64,000 nt of DNA, taken from contig NC_042997.1 in assembly GCF_006345805.1 (NCBI RefSeq), forward strand, positions 113,150,001 through 113,214,000. Direction: 5' to 3'. Positions 63,041 through 64,000 of this stretch are shown one piece after another (position 1 is the first letter of the stretch; each line of letters opens with the position of its first letter). The notes beneath the pieces are model-generated. The model did not search any database. It was not told where the DNA came from and saw nothing but the letters and a program-made list of their open reading frames with translations. The position numbers were made by a program, and so were the translations under genes. This stretch comes from Octopus sinensis. Its lineage: Eukaryota.

Positions 63041-64000
63041 GTAGGCAGTAACAGAGTGAATTTTTAAGGCTTGTAAACCTCCATTGATGTCTTATGTCAG
63101 CTCTGTTACCAATTAGATGAAACAATCCTGGGTTTCTGAGATAAAGAATTTTTATATTTTATGCATTGGTTTGAGTGATGTCCTCATCTTGGTTGTTACA
63201 TTTCATCATCATGCTCCCCACCCCACCTTCTGTTAGGAAGGGAATCCAGCTGGCTGTAGAAACACTGCCAGATCAGATTGGAGCCTGGTGCAGCCATCTG
63301 GTTCGCCAGACCTCAGTCAAATCGTCCAACCCATGCTAGCATGGAAAGTGGACGTTAAACGATGATAATGATATATATATATATATATATGACGGGCTTC
63401 TTTCAGTTTCTATCTACCAAATCCACTCACAAGGCTTTGGTCGGCCCAAGGCTATAGTAGAAGACAATTGCCCAAGGTGCCACATAGTGGGACTGAACTT
63501 GGGACCATGTGATTGGTAAGCAAGCTACTTACCATACAACCACTTCTTATTTATTTATTTTTTCTGAAAGTTTTCATTGTGTCTTGCAAAAGAAATAATT
63601 AAATGAATGGAAACCAGACCAGTGAGTGTGTTAAATGAATAAAGCACTAAAAGAGAATGACCCTCCCCAGACAATAAAATATGCTGCAACACACGAATTC
63701 ACATAAAGAATCTTGCAAGCCAAATACCAAAATGAAATATATGTGTGTGTGTTTGTCCTCCACCAGTGCTTGATAACCGGTGTTGGTGTGTTTATGTCCT
63801 TGTAACTTAGTGGTTTAGCAAAAGAGACTGATAAGGTAAGTACCAGGCTTTAAAAGAATGTACTGGAGTAAAACCATTCAAATAAAAATTCTTCAAGGTG
63901 GTGCCCCAGCTTGAAGTCTAATGACTGAAACATATAAAAGATAAAAGATATATAGACTCAGGAATGGCTGTGTGGTTAGAACCTGTTAGAACCTGGCTGT

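Overview
This is repeat-saturated, AT-rich eukaryotic DNA made of microsatellites, tRNA-derived SINEs, RTE-type LINE 3' tails and DNA transposons. The repeat repertoire looks like a coleoid cephalopod, probably Octopus; this is an inference, not a database result. Most ORFs in the supplied track are microsatellite or SINE artefacts. Supported genic content is (1) a minus-strand, multi-exon gene for a secreted EF-hand protein, with exons at 17491-17552, 8855-8985 and 6168-6335 that join in phase, a probable ATG-only first coding exon at 26007-26009 and an unresolved last exon; and (2) a probable unrecognised minus-strand gene starting at 55872, with phase-compatible exons at 55814-55872, 51061-51125 and possibly 39722-39844. 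Two NRF1/ETS-type promoter modules (about 54.0 and 55.6 kb) share an identical 14-mer. Mobile elements include a nearly full-length dead Dong/R4-type LINE in a (TAA)n tract plus other fragments, a mariner pseudogene, RTE fragments, a non-autonomous Helitron, a DINE-1-like element, and hAT and Tc1-type MITEs. The most unusual signal is a set of palindromic or foldback elements carrying degenerate minimal hammerhead-ribozyme motifs. One family can be reconstructed from two copies as head-to-head tRNA-like heads, each leading outward to a hammerhead. There is no CRISPR array, rRNA or intact tRNA. SINE and LINE-fragment boundaries are approximate; exon boundaries were read base by base.
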